Of a stretch of 64,000 nucleotides of DNA, positions 1 to 12,238 are shown one piece after another. The position numbers and the translations under genes were made by a program. Location: NCBI RefSeq assembly GCF_001949145.1, contig NW_019091360.1:2229599-2293598 (forward strand), given 5' to 3'. This DNA comes from Acanthaster planci (taxonomy: Eukaryota). The notes beneath the pieces are model-generated. The model did no database searches. It worked only from the letters and a program-made list of their open reading frames with translations, and was not told the DNA's origin. How positions within the stretch are numbered: position 1 is the first letter of the stretch; every line of letters starts with the position of its first letter.

Positions 1-299
1 TAAGACTCTGATAAAGGATGGGAGTACTGAAATTGTTGATTTCAAGAGATGCATTGGCAACTTTTACGAGTAAATGAGAATCCATCGTCTTTTGAGGCCG
101 ATGATGACGATAAGAAATACTCCATTCATATTTATATTGTTATTTTAATTTTGAAGCTCATTGTAGGAATTTTGGATTACATCATTGAAATAACAGCCCA
201 ACTGTGTTAATTAAATAAACAAGAAAAGAAATCTCGGCGAAACTTTAATTTCAAATGATGACTATATAGCAGAAGATTGCGCATTTGTTTATCTTTCAG

Positions 300-375
300 C
301 CGATTACCGACCGAGGCCTGATCAGGTACAAAGCAGACCAATCAGTAAACATGGAGACGTCAGCTGTCGGCCAGC
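300..375 (+). CDS. Putative penultimate coding exon of an unidentified plus-strand gene entering from the left edge
   Basis: Acceptor tttgtttatctttcag|300, donor 375|gtgagt; 76 nt (2+72+2) reading DYRPRPDQVQSRPISKHGDVSCRP, phase-compatible with exon 532-628. No homology recognised. Confidence 0.5.
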
Positions 376-531
376 GTGAGTGATTTATCGCATCTTCCTG
401 GAGATTAAATCCTCGTGACATCAATTCTAGTACTCTCTGCACTTCGTGAACCTCGCGTCTCATTGATTTTTCCCCAGAGTCGACCTGAAAGCTCCAAATT
501 AATGAAAACTTCCTGTTTTTATTCTTTTCAG

Positions 532-628
532 CGCTGACGCAGACGAGATATACTGGAAGGAAATCATCGCTGCTGTGGTGCTGACGAACATGGCTCGGGC
601 GAAGCAGCTTCGACAGGGACTTCTCTGA
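532..628 (+). CDS. Putative terminal coding exon of the same unidentified gene
   Basis: Strong acceptor tttttattcttttcag|532; reads (A)ADADEIYWKEIIAAVVLTNMARAKQLRQGLL* with TGA at 626-628; followed by T-rich UTR-like sequence. Confidence 0.55.
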
Positions 629-2293
629 GTGAATCCGAAGTCTCGCGAGAACCTTCGGCACAAATCACAGAATTTGGAGAAAAAGCGGCGTTACGACGAG
701 ACACGCAGCGTTCTACTGTATTTGCACATTTTTTTTTTCGTAAATTTATACAGTTATATTTTCTACAAAATAGTTTTCCTTTTCTTTTTTGAAGAATACA
801 TGTATATAGATAAAGATTGTGTAAGATTTTCGTGGTTTGGCAAACCACGAAATCATCGTGCAACCGTCTTAATGGGAAAATTCTGTCAAAACTGTTTTTT
901 CTAGAAGGCAAATACTTGGCCTTTGTATTTTTTGACTTGTGTCCGAGCCTATTCGTTGTTTACCCAATATGACGTGCGCTGATTGTCGCGTTATCGGCAT
1001 TAGTCTCCCACTGCAACCACCGGATTGCAGGGAATTGAAGGGCGCCTTCAAGTTTTCTCGGTTGGAAGGACTGGTGTCGTGATAAAGATTCGTTACACGA
1101 GGACACCATAACCGTGTCTCTGTTCCGTCTCCTTCGTCAAGGCGCGCAGCATAGCGGAAATGGTCCCAGACTGACCGAAACCGTTCTGTACGACCACTTT
1201 CTTGTGTGAAGTGCCGAGATTAAGTAACAGTTTGGGAAGACAGGAAACGAAGACCGTCCTAGATTTTGTTCATGGACAAAAAGAGAGTCCATAATGCAAC
1301 TAGATACCCCAAGGTGCTGACTATCGAGTGTTTTGTTCTCCATCTTGACACAATTATATCAGAAATGAGTATTATTCAACATACTCAAAGATTCATTAAA
1401 AAGGGCTATTTCTGGAGGGATTATTCTCGCAAGCTCTCAAATAACGATATATTAGTTTTACATTCTGAAGTTGCATCTTAAGTGAGTGATGATGTCAATG
1501 TGTAAAGTTTTTGTTTGAAAAAAAAATTGTTGTTACCAATTCTTTCCTCCAACAGCCTGAAACCTTAACGTGTTCATCAGCACTCGGCATTTTCTTTGGA
1601 CCTCTGATTTTATTCCCTTTTATCAAGTAACTGTACACTTTTGAGTAGTCTTCCATTTCTGTGTAGAGAATATTTTGGAAAACTTATGTGACAAAACTTG
1701 ACAGCAGAACATGGCTACACGACGATTGAACTTGTGTTATGTTGCTTGCGTAATGTCATGCTAAACAATAAGAGAATGTTTGAAATTAGTAACTGCCTAC
1801 GGAAGTGTTCGTGAGGGCACAAGATTAGTGCATGGTCTGAGACACTTCAGTAACTCGTGCTAAGACACACGTCCACGTATATATGATGTGTGGTTGCCTT
1901 TTTACCGGTCACATTAAGTAATGGGGTGGTTGGAGTGAGATTGGAATCTGCACAAGAATTTTCGGATCTGGTATGATTGACCGAATAACACAAACAGTGA
2001 AGGCCTTCATTTGGAATTGACAAATCCAAAGATACATGACGCTTACGAGCGCGTTGTTAGACTCCAAAGCGTGACTTTGGACATCCAGTCCGCTTTCGCT
2101 TTGTGCAGAAGCACCCCATGTTGGGTTCATGTCGGTAGCATGTGCACTTCCCATACCAAAGAAGTTTCTGTTGCTAGGGAAATTGCGCCCTCTCTTGGTT
2201 CTGCTTGGGGACAATGGTGTTGGTGCCGTGTGCATAATCTTCTGAACAGTCTCCAAATTACGAATTTCAAACTTATTTGCCAGTTACTGTTCT

Positions 2294-2299
2294 TTTATT
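2294..2299 (-). promoter_or_regulatory. Candidate AATAAA polyadenylation signal of the GPCR
   Basis: tttatt on plus strand ~1.25 kb downstream of the GPCR stop, at the end of a region that is T/TGTA-rich on the minus strand. Confidence 0.4.
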
Positions 2300-3547
2300 C
2301 ATTAAAATGAAAACGTGTTACAAAAATAGTGCATCGCAATGATTAAACATTAGAATTTATACACAGTTACATGTACTTACAAAAATAAAAGAATACTTAA
2401 GTTGTTTCCACACCAGTTTACGAACCAGACATAACCACCATGAGGCAACAAACATTTTCACATCCGCACAATGTACAAAAAATCTACGTGTAATGTATAA
2501 AATCGTACATTTATATCCTGTGTATTGCACGGAGATGTTGAAACAGAGTCATACAACACAAACGAGCACGAGGCTCTTGTACAAACAGACCTAAACAGGT
2601 GCAGGTGTGACTGGCTGCCAACCACAACGTGGATGTATGTATTAAATGAATGAAAAAAGAAGACTTTTTGTTCATAGGCATTAGACATTGTTTTCCACAA
2701 AACCAGTTCGGTATTTCTACAGCGCATGCTCGAAACAATGCGCGTCGGCAAGGGCGGATCGAGAGGCAGGGGCCCAATGGGTCTCCAAAAATAGTCCAAA
2801 TTATTTTTATTTGAAAAATCTTCACTAAAAATGTTTTTTAAAGACACTCTATTTATATTAATAAGGTGTATTGTATGTGTACTTGATGTGAAGATCTTTT
2901 TGCTGTCCGCTATAGATCCGACACACCAGTAATTGCACTCGTTTCCATTGGCCCATCGGCTGGTAGTCGGCTGTAGATTCGATTCGATTCAGCCAAAAAG
3001 TCTTGTCAGACGTTGACAGTACAAGTAACAGGTAATTTTGGACTTGTTGCCAGGTTTGCAGAAGGCAGCGACGCGTATACGCGCACGCTTGAACGAGGGG
3101 GCATGCATTTCATAATTATTTGCGGACCCAGCGAAGTGCAGTTCTCACCGAAGGAACCACGTAGGACTGTTCGTCTTTCTTGGGCCCACTCGGGAGTAGA
3201 GGGCGGTAAACCCTATATTCTGTATTATATATAATGTTATGGTGGAAAACATACTCAACCTGTTACGTGCATTATTCACAACACGCTTGTGGTGACGTAA
3301 TGAAGTTAGTGACGTCTATCAACCAGGCACGGGATACGGGACGCCATGTTGTGCTATAGTTTTCTTAGATTGTGAGTAGGCAAAACTTTACGATACATGA
3401 TAGATCTTTCGATAAATCCATTTTAGAAACAAATATGATACTTGTTGAGCAAGGCTTTTGTGTGTTCAATGATTTTTGTTCGCTTCACTCTTCTAGTCAT
3501 GTTGGTATGGGGGCCAGCAGGTACGACATAATAGGTCACTATTATTG

Positions 3548-3832
3548 TCAGGTGTCACGTGAGTTTACCAAACCAGACACGGTTGTAGGACGTTGCCACT
3601 GTTCCGGCTGAGTCCCTTGAGGGCGCACTCTATTGTTCCTCTTGCAGCAGTGGCACAAGCAGAGGTGATGCAGAAGAGTTAAGAATCTCTCCTTAATTTT
3701 GTTGCGAACTTTTCTCCGGAATATCCCGTACATCAACGGGTTGATCACACTCGTGCCGAGGTAGAGACGGACGGCTATGTTGTCTAGGGTAGGGGAGTGC
3801 CAGGTACCACACTGATTCGCAAACCAACGAAT
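3548..3832 (-). CDS. GPCR coding exon 2 (ECL3, TM7, helix 8, Cys-rich C-tail)
   Basis: Acceptor tttctcctatacag|ATT at 3832; IRWFANQCGTWHSPTLDNIAVRLYLGTSVINPLMYGIFRRKVRNKIKERF...HLCLCHCCK...RDT*; 285 nt. Confidence 0.88.
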   Translation of the reverse strand: MRWFANQCGTWHSPTLDNIAVRLYLGTSVINPLMYGIFRRKVRNKIKERFLTLLHHLCLCHCCKRNNRVRPQGTQPEQWQRPTTVSGLVNSRDT

Positions 3833-6800
3833 CTGTATAGGAGAAATTAATCACCTGATATAGCTTTAAATTGAAAAACAAACCATTCGGCCTAAATAGG
3901 AGGGAAAATGATTAACTATCTATTCTGTGAGAGCGACTATTCGATTCGTTTGTAAGGCTCATCGTCAGAGTCGGGGAAAAGGAATACTCTTTGGGAGTGA
4001 GTCGGGGATACATCCGCCTTAATCAGAAGCACCCCCTCATCGATTGATTGGAGACACGTTGATGGGGAGTGTTTGTTTCGTTGGCAGCGGGTGAGTAGCG
4101 ACGCGACCTCAACGCGTTCATTTCATAGGGGTGCACCCTCGTATTTAGGCCAGAAATATGTTCGCCGAGCTCAATAATAAAAGTTATACATGTATACTCA
4201 AAATATTCTATATTTGAGGGTCCTATATACACTCAAAATAGTCTATATTTGAGGGTCCTGAGAGCCATGAAACTGGGGAATTAAAGAAATATGAGACTGA
4301 ACCTCTGGGCCGGACTCAGGGCTTCCAATTCTGAGCAATTTGGATGCAATCGAGTCCGAAAGAGGCACTATTTGAGCCATTTTGCTGAGGGGTGGTGTTT
4401 CAAAATGGCTACTTTTCTGGACAGGGACATTTTCTGCATTTTAGGGGTGGTCTGCTTCTGGTGAAAATTTCTCAAAAATTCATCTGTCAACACCCCCAAA
4501 ATTGAAAGGAAAATGAAAGAGGAAATGTGGAACATCATTTTTCTGTGTAGCCTGAACACCTGTGAGAGTTGTGAGTATTTTTTTGAACATTTGTGAAGTA
4601 TGGGGATTTATCACTGCTCTCTATGGGAATTTATTTCTAGCGGTGCAGCCATAGGTACTAGGTCCAACAGAAGGAGCATCCATTGCTTGGAAAATAGCGC
4701 CCTCTCTTGGTCCAGATCGGAGCGGACAGACCACGCCGATCGCCAAGTGAAGCATTTACAAGTCGCCACTGGCAGATCCGAGGGGGAGACAAAAAACTGG
4801 GGGGGGGGCTTTGAAACACATAATTCCAGGAAGAGGATTTGGGGCAGACTTCTTCATTTATCATATTATTAAAAAAGCGTGTAAAAAGCCTCTCAAATTT
4901 AGCCTTTTCCTCAACCCGAAAAAGGCTGCATTAAAATTCCAAATTTTGGTATTGGAGAAAAATTTCCCCTCGGCCCTGCAAATTTGGTTATGGATCGACC
5001 TTCGCAAGTTGCTCGTTTGTATGCACCACCAATATTCGGCATTTCTTCCGCCACTATGGCTGGACGGAGTTCATACTGATTTTTTACAAGTATGAACAGC
5101 CGAAAACAAGTTTGGTCTGTTTTAAGCTTTATATATGCGGCAGTTCTATGAGGCAACATTTTCCTGAGAATTATTCACCAAATAATGCTCTATTTAAAAC
5201 CTAAAGCAATACCCAGCCCCCGATCTAGTCTTGGCTGGATTTGCACCGTTTTTGTCTCGCCCACACGGTGTAGGGAGACAAAAACCAAAATTCTTGGGCT
5301 AAGACCCCCCCCCGTGCCTGCTCGAGGCATACGGCAGCACGTAGCTCCACCTTACTGCTCTAGAATCCGTTTATTTCACCGTGACTTCAGGTACGTGGCT
5401 TTCAGCGTTACCTGCTTAGTGCCGAATCGCACGCTCCTGATTGCACGTCTAGCAACGGCTACGCTGTACCTGTCCACACGTCCGTGCGAGCCTGGCTAAA
5501 ACATATCTGATTTATGAAGCTAGACAACCTAAAAAGGTTAAATTGTCCTGCGCATTCTTGAAAACCATTTCTTCAGCATCAGCCTATTACAACTGACTGG
5601 AGTTTCAGGTTACAGATTAAAGAATGACCATTGCAATCTACTGTCAGAGGACAGTTTAGATGCATTCTTTCGGGTGGTGTTTTCAGGAACTTATTTGACT
5701 TGTCACCTGACTAGGTAAACATCACTAAACGCAATTAGACGTACGAGCATTTTTACATTTTAGGAGCTTGGCTTTCACGCTGGGGACGGAGAGCCGCCTG
5801 ACGTGAGTGATTCAGAGGCCGAAAAGAAAGCGTTTGGAATTGAAAAGGTAAAAACGCGACCTCGAGGGACACAGAAAAACCTTTCACGGTGATGACAGTG
5901 TGTTGCCATCACAAATTAGATGTGGTTTTTTTTAAGAACACACGGGTAGGCACGATTGTTCGATCTCAGTGTTTAGAGCTACGTGATCTTCCTGTATTTG
6001 CCGTCACGCGTGCGGTGCATTTTGTACTTGACATCGACGGAGAAAACAAAACACTACATGAGTGGCCACTAAAATACAGGCAAACCTGCATCCTTGCATT
6101 TTGTTAATTCACCTGTACATTTCTGAAAGATAATTTTCTTGATACTTGTGACACAAATTTGTGACTAAAGGTCTTGCGACATAAAACTATTTTCTTACCT
6201 CAAGCTTTGGCAAAAATATATCAGAAATACTATAAAGAAAATCAAAACAGTTGTAAAAATAGCCAAACGAAAAGTATTAAAATCTATCATGTTAGCTTGT
6301 AGACTTTTGGCCTATGTTTTTTTAATCCAACGGGAAAAGTCCACGTCTGCACGAAGATTTTCTTCATTCTAGCTTTAATCAAGATGTAAATGAACCCGTT
6401 TTCAGCTACGTGATTCAACGCGGAGACATGGCCGTACTTCTGGGGTCAAACACAATTGTGAGGCGCCTTACAGCCGAGTCAAGGGGCTTAGATTGTGTGC
6501 GTCGACTGGCCGTTAAAAGATTTTTTTTAAAGAGAAACGACAGTGCTGTTTTCCCAGAATTAAAAGGGAGGAAGATTCATTAAGTGGTTAGTTGGGCGTG
6601 CGAAGTTTAAGAAATAATGAACTAGGAAAAAGAGGCATTGTATTTTGCTACACAATGCCGTACTAGTTTAGCGTATTCTTCAAACTTAATCCACTGTTAT
6701 CTGAAAAGGGTTGGGGATGGATGAGACGGAATGCACAATGGAGAGATTCTAAAACGGATGTACTGATCAGCCATTTACGCCTTTGAAAGCGACTATCCAC

Positions 6801-8440
6801 AACAGGGTCACGTAAATAAGTCACTTTGGAAGGGCCTCACTTTGAGAAGTGCTTGGATATATTTTATTTCAGAAAATTCAAATGAATTGAATGATAATGG
6901 TCATTCACTGAAAAAAGGTAAAAAGAATTTAAAGTGCGGACGACAGAGATACACTATTATCAAAATTACTTTAGCTCTTCACAAGACGCACATTATGTGT
7001 ACGGTAGAGCCTAATCGAGTCAAGGGACACTTAATTACGCAGATCAATAGCCCACGTGAGGAGCATGAATGGGCCGTTGGGGGATCTCCTTAAGGCCACA
7101 GAGTGGTTGTACCCCATGAGAAATCATTCTGAAGTTTCGCAAGAGTGTAAACATTTGTTTGCTGTTGTGGTTAACTTTGTAGTTCACGCTCTCACAGCGT
7201 AGGGGCCAAGGCATTAAGCACAACGGGAAAGGCTATAAAATTCAGGGCCTACAGATACACCTGTCTCGGTTAAAATGGGACATTGCACGAGAATGGCGCA
7301 TCAGATTTTCTCGAACGCAAGACGTCAATTGAATAACGCAGGAAGGCTCGGCATGGTAAAAAAAAAAATGCACTGCGATCGATGATATCTAAGAAAATGT
7401 GAAGGGACAGATTTCGCCCCTAGCTCTGTTAGTGTTAAGCCTAAACACAAAAGGTTTTGAAGGGTATTTGGGGGGGGGGTTAAGAATAAAAGGGGGAGAA
7501 CTTTCGCAAGAATTCTCACCTCGTAGGGAAGTATGCAGACGACAAAAACGACAGCAACTGCCACCATTAATCGGGAGAAATCGGCCGGTGCTCCCCGTAT
7601 CATATCCATCTGCTTGACGTACTCCGCGCGATTCCTCGGACAGGCGACTTCCAGGTGAGCTTTGAGCTTCTGCATGCAGCGTATCACTACCACATTGCAC
7701 GAGATAAGAATTACCGTCATGAGAACGCTCTCCAGCGTCGTGAAATACTCGTAAGCATTCTCCACGGTTGAGAAAAGCAGGACGTAGGTGGTCTGGTTGG
7801 AAGCGTTCCCGAACTGAGGCGACACCTCACCGGTGGGGCAGTCCCAGGGATCAGAAGGGGTGATGGGGCCCAGGCACGCTCCCCATGTCCTTGTAATCAC
7901 TCCAGCCACAAAGAACCCGGAAAGGGTCAAGGAGTATACGGCCATTGCCAAGATGGCTAAGCCGACGCGGCGCAGTGTCACCGAGTGATCATAGAAGAAC
8001 GGCTTCTTGATGCTCAGGTAGCGTTCTATCCCCATAAGCACCACGATGCATTTGGAGAACCGATTGCAAGCGACCACCACGGAGACGCAGTACAAGTACG
8101 CCGCCATTCCACCGGTCCACCTTCCGGCCACGAAACTAACCAGCCAGCCTGTCTCCCCGAAGAGGAGGAACGACAGTTCCGTCATGCACAGGGCCAAGAC
8201 CAGGAACCTGGGCACGCTCTCCCCTCCCTTGGGCTGGTAGCGCCTGCCGCCCCACAAGATAAGAGTGATGGTGATGAGGTTTGCCGCACAGCCAAGGAAG
8301 TATATGAGGAGCTCCACCGTCTCGTCGAGCACGGGGAAGCAAGGCAAGGCATCGGCTGTAACCAACGGTCGACCCGGTGGGTACAGCGGCAAGGAGAAAC
8401 ACAGCTCATGCGCTGATGATACATGCTTCCACCACTGCAT
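3548..8440 (-). CDS. Class A GPCR, prostanoid (prostaglandin E2/thromboxane)-receptor-like; join(8440..7520, 3832..3548), 401 aa
   Basis: Seven hydrophobic segments, GxxxN in TM1, MGIERY, CILPY in TM6, AVRL..NPLMY in TM7 (TM7 Arg typical of prostanoid receptors); phase-0 intron at the end of TM6, the conserved position in prostanoid receptor genes. Confidence 0.85.
4196..4259. repeat. Tandem duplication, period 35 nt, two copies
   Basis: actcaaaata(t/g)tctatatttgagggtcct at 4196 and 4231. Confidence 0.9.
7520..8440 (-). CDS. GPCR coding exon 1 (N-terminus to TM6)
   Basis: First in-frame ATG at 8440 (in-frame TGA upstream at 8464-8462; the ORF-track start 8449 is TTG); donor GAG|gtgaga after 7520; 921 nt. 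Confidence 0.85.
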
Positions 8441-8499
8441 GTTCTGCAAGTATTCATCATTTCATTCTAACCACTGAATCCTTTTACTTTTTGTTTCAG

Positions 8500-8660
8500 C
8501 AGCAGATAAGATGCGAGCGTCTCACCGGCCGGCTGTCAGCGGAGCAGAATGCACGTACGCCCGCCCGTTAGGCTGTCATCACGTGCCCATCAACGTGGAT
8601 GCACGCGCATTCACATCCTCTATTGTGCGCGCGTGACGACGGTCACTAGACTCGCCCAGT
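8500..8660 (-). promoter_or_regulatory. CpG-rich putative GPCR promoter/5' end
   Basis: Dense CpG, GC-box-like gcccgccc, E-box CACGTG and TGACAG motifs 60-200 nt upstream of the ATG. Confidence 0.4.
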
Positions 8661-9688
8661 TAAATAATTTCCATGGTCATGTTAATAATAAGTATAGTTG
8701 CCCAGTCTCACGATGCAGTTTTTGTCCCTGTTTTAACATAAAATACCAACTGAGATGACAGTTAAGCACAAGAGTCTGGAATGCTTGTTTTTGGCTTTAA
8801 AACTTTCACTTACTGTAACTGAAATGTTTGTATTAAAAGAAATTGTTACAAAAAACAGTTTGCAGAGGAAATTGATTGCAAACAACTTATTATACTTTTG
8901 AAAAAAAATGACGTCACTTTGATAATCCAATGTTGCAGTGGGATGAAAAAGAAACGGATGCCTTAGATTTGCATCGATACTTGGAAAATACATTAAGGAC
9001 GGTTTTCAGGCCTCGATGATGGGTTGTTAATATCCCAGCTGGGTGTAAAATGTTGCAGTAAAAACATCGCTGTTGGGAACACATTGTCCGACGCTAAATC
9101 TCTCGTGTAAAACAGCGCGCGATTTATTGTCAATAGAGAGGCCCTACCGAGGAGAGAGAGACGTGACGCCTGTCTTTCAAGGAAATGCTGCCCCGTGGCC
9201 ATGGCGTGATGCGTGAGACCAGTCTGATTAACAACGGTCATGCAACCTGTCCCAACTTCCTGGGGCACGCGTACAGACATAATACATGTACACCGAAACT
9301 GCCTGCGACATTGGGACCTGGCTTAGCGTTTCTAACATTTATAAATTCAACTAGTCTTTAACAGCAATGGCGTCACTTGGGCGAAACTTCTGTGGAGGAA
9401 TTCGTCCATGGGGGCATTGAAAACACTTGACTGTACTTAAGTTGCGTACTTTTCAAAATTTCAAATAGGAAGGGACACCAAGGGGCACTGACTTCCGCAG
9501 GGAGAAGGGCACATCCCCTACCCCTGTTGTTATGTCACTGGTTGACAAAATAAAATGCTTGCTGATCGAACTTGGTAACGATCGTCACAGTTTCACTGCA
9601 TAGCCCAAGCTAATAAAATCGTAACCATTTCCACGGCCTCTCCAGTAATAATGACCATCCTAGCCTCAACCTACAACCGCTGCAATAT

Positions 9689-9762
9689 TGATGAAAAATG
9701 TAGACACTGCGTTCATAACGAGCGATGATGAAAAATGTAGACACTGCGTTCATAACGAGCGA
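9689..9762. repeat. Perfect 37-bp tandem duplication
   Basis: tgatgaaaaatgtagacactgcgttcataacgagcga x2, no spacer. Confidence 0.95.
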
Positions 9763-11352
9763 GTAAAGTGGGTCGAATCCATACATCAAGCACTCAGAAA
9801 CATGATTATTACAACTGAAACATGGGCAGTCCCGTGCACTATGTAAACACCGCGGAATCTGTGAAGCTGTAATTGTTAATACACTAAGCTTTCTATTATT
9901 TTCCCCGCTTACGGACGTACGCCGAATAATTTCACGGGACACCACAGGTAATGTCTCGACGTTTATTTGCATTCAAAATAACATGGGTTACAAACGAGAT
10001 TTTACGGGGCTCTCAGGCCGCTTCTGTCGGCGTGATAAAGGGATGCGTTTGTAAACAGATCTCGAAATTGAGCACAGCAAGCGAAATGTAGAGCGGGATG
10101 TACGAGTGGACCAGGTCCTGGCCTTAGTCTTTTGTGCGATTTACGGGCCCGCTTGAAGATAACAGTGAAAACACAATCTGTATTTTTTGTTTCTGGTCCA
10201 GCCCGTCGAGATGGAATCGCACGGGAGTCGTGCGTTTCCATCCATTACGAGAGACTCTTCGTTTTCCGGTTCCACTTAGATTTGTTTTTCAGGGACACAT
10301 GGTCTAAATCATCGCACTTCCTCCGAGGTGCAACGGCGATATGGTGACCAAGGAGTGTTACCATGGAAACGTATGGGTCACTCAGACTCCTTCAGATACC
10401 GAGAGTGGATAAATTTTAGCATCTTCTAGATACTGATTTCCGAGCCTCCAGCACAGCCGCCCCCATCATGAGAATCTGACCCTTCAATAAAATTCACTTG
10501 TAAATTCACGTCTTTTTGCTAGCATATTTTCTAAACCATTCCTCGAAAGACGGTACATGAGTGCCACCCGAAGCATCAACATTGGGTTGTATTTTTTATT
10601 TTAAAATGTGAAAAGGGAAACAACCTCGTTCAGATTTTCACAATTTTTTTGTTTAAATTGGATAAAACGAGAAACGACTCTTTTTCGATTTTATGTTTTC
10701 GTTTTTGAATCGACTGAACGAAACGTACAAGGACCCGTCTCCCCTTGGTGTAGTGTTCATCCGAATATCCTGCACGTTCCCAACACAGCCCGAAAGCCCG
10801 GCTGGACGATGCGAGGAGCCAGCTTTCAGAAATATTATGTTGTACGGTGAGGTTTGGTAAAGTGAGTTTATGTAACCAGTGGAGATTCATTTCCATACTC
10901 ACGAAGTACAGTTTATCCGATCACCCCTTTCCATTAACGGATGCGCTTTTCCTTTTTAAACTTCTTTTTTTTTGTCCAGGAGCAGGCGTTGAGTCACGAG
11001 AATCGAAAGCACGTAGCTTAGCAAGTGCTTGGACAACACGACCAAGGTTATCGACGATCGAATAATTGGCCAATAGCAGTGCGTTATTTTCCTACATCCC
11101 CTCATTGCCTTGAAGCGCTGAAGACCGCAAACCTCTCTCACAAAACTCCCATGATATATACGCACATGCCACGCGCAAGCGTTGGCCACGGTCACCACAA
11201 GGCAGCCCAGTCGAAAAATATCCATCCAATGACAAGTCGACCAAATGGCGTCATGCGTCTAGAAATAATAAATAATTTCCTTTTTTTTTCAATGAAAAGC
11301 CTCGGCTCCACTCCCATGGGTTTGGCACCCAGTCTCGACGGCAGTATTCAGA

Positions 11353-11544
11353 CGCCTTTCCATATCCGCGTCAACACTTGCGTCAAGAGTTGCGTATCCG
11401 TCAAAATCACTCGATTTTGACGACTGAACGCAACGTACATGTGTATTTTGTTAACAGAGACGATTTTTGTGTCCATGAAAGTGAAACGCATGAACGCATC
11501 GTGTACATACGCAACGCACCCCAAAAAGTATACATGGAAAGGCG
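11353..11544. mobile_element. MITE-like element
   Basis: Terminal inverted repeats cgcctttccat...atggaaaggcg; internal hairpin cgtcaaaatc-actc-gattttgacg. Confidence 0.55.
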
Positions 11545-11967
11545 CTTTGCTACTGCCTCTCACTGCAAGAAAGAGATACGAGTTGAGCCTGTGTCCCGGT
11601 TCTTGTGTTAACATCTTAATAAGCTTTAATTACGCAACCATTTACCTTGATCCTCAGTATCCAACCCGTGTATAAATTAAATGCTGTTAGTATAGCTGAA
11701 CAGCATTTTACGGCTCTTTTGCCTAAATACAGCCATTGCTGCAAATTGAATTATTTGCACAAAAGAGTAGTCATAGCCAGCGAAAATAACCGAACGCGAC
11801 TCTCGGAGAAATAAAAATCAACATCCAACATAATACTTGTGCTAATATATAAGCTGACCAGTCCGAGCTATCCTAAAGGTTTTACGAAACACATGCACCC
11901 TGTCTGGTGAGTCCAGTCTCTGAAATTAAACTTGTACAACCTACTTTGTATTAATAAAATTCTACAG

Positions 11968-12238
11968 AGCTCCGGAAGTGCCATCCGACTTTTTGAAACA
12001 TTGACCTGTTTTATCTAAGGATAATGAAATTATTACGGTCAGGGTATCGTCGTCCAGAGATAATTTTTACAGAATGCCAATATAACCAGCTGTATAGAAT
12101 AAAATTAATAATCTCAGGATGTCAGTATTTTGTAATAACATAACTGAATGGCGATATCTTGCCTGTGACAATTAAGGTGTTATTCTGAGAAAAAATGATA
12201 TGTCGGATCTCAGCAAGTCGGATGGCATTTCCAGGGCT
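11968..12238. mobile_element. MITE with ~24-bp imperfect TIRs
   Basis: agctccggaagtgccatccgactt versus reverse complement of right end agccctggaaatgccatccgactt (21/24 match). Confidence 0.7.

Noticed and set aside
7325..7519. C-terminal part of the 374-aa ORF as the GPCR C-terminus
   Set aside because: Read-through into the intron; lacks TM7, which is supplied by exon 3832-3548.
7985..8416. Plus-strand 143-aa ORF
   Set aside because: Antisense shadow of the GC-rich GPCR exon.
9689..9762. 37-bp direct repeat as a CRISPR array (also 4196-4259)
   Set aside because: Only two adjacent copies, no unique spacers, no cas genes, eukaryotic context.
10970..11045. tRNA gene
   Set aside because: No cloverleaf or intact B box; at most a decayed SINE head.
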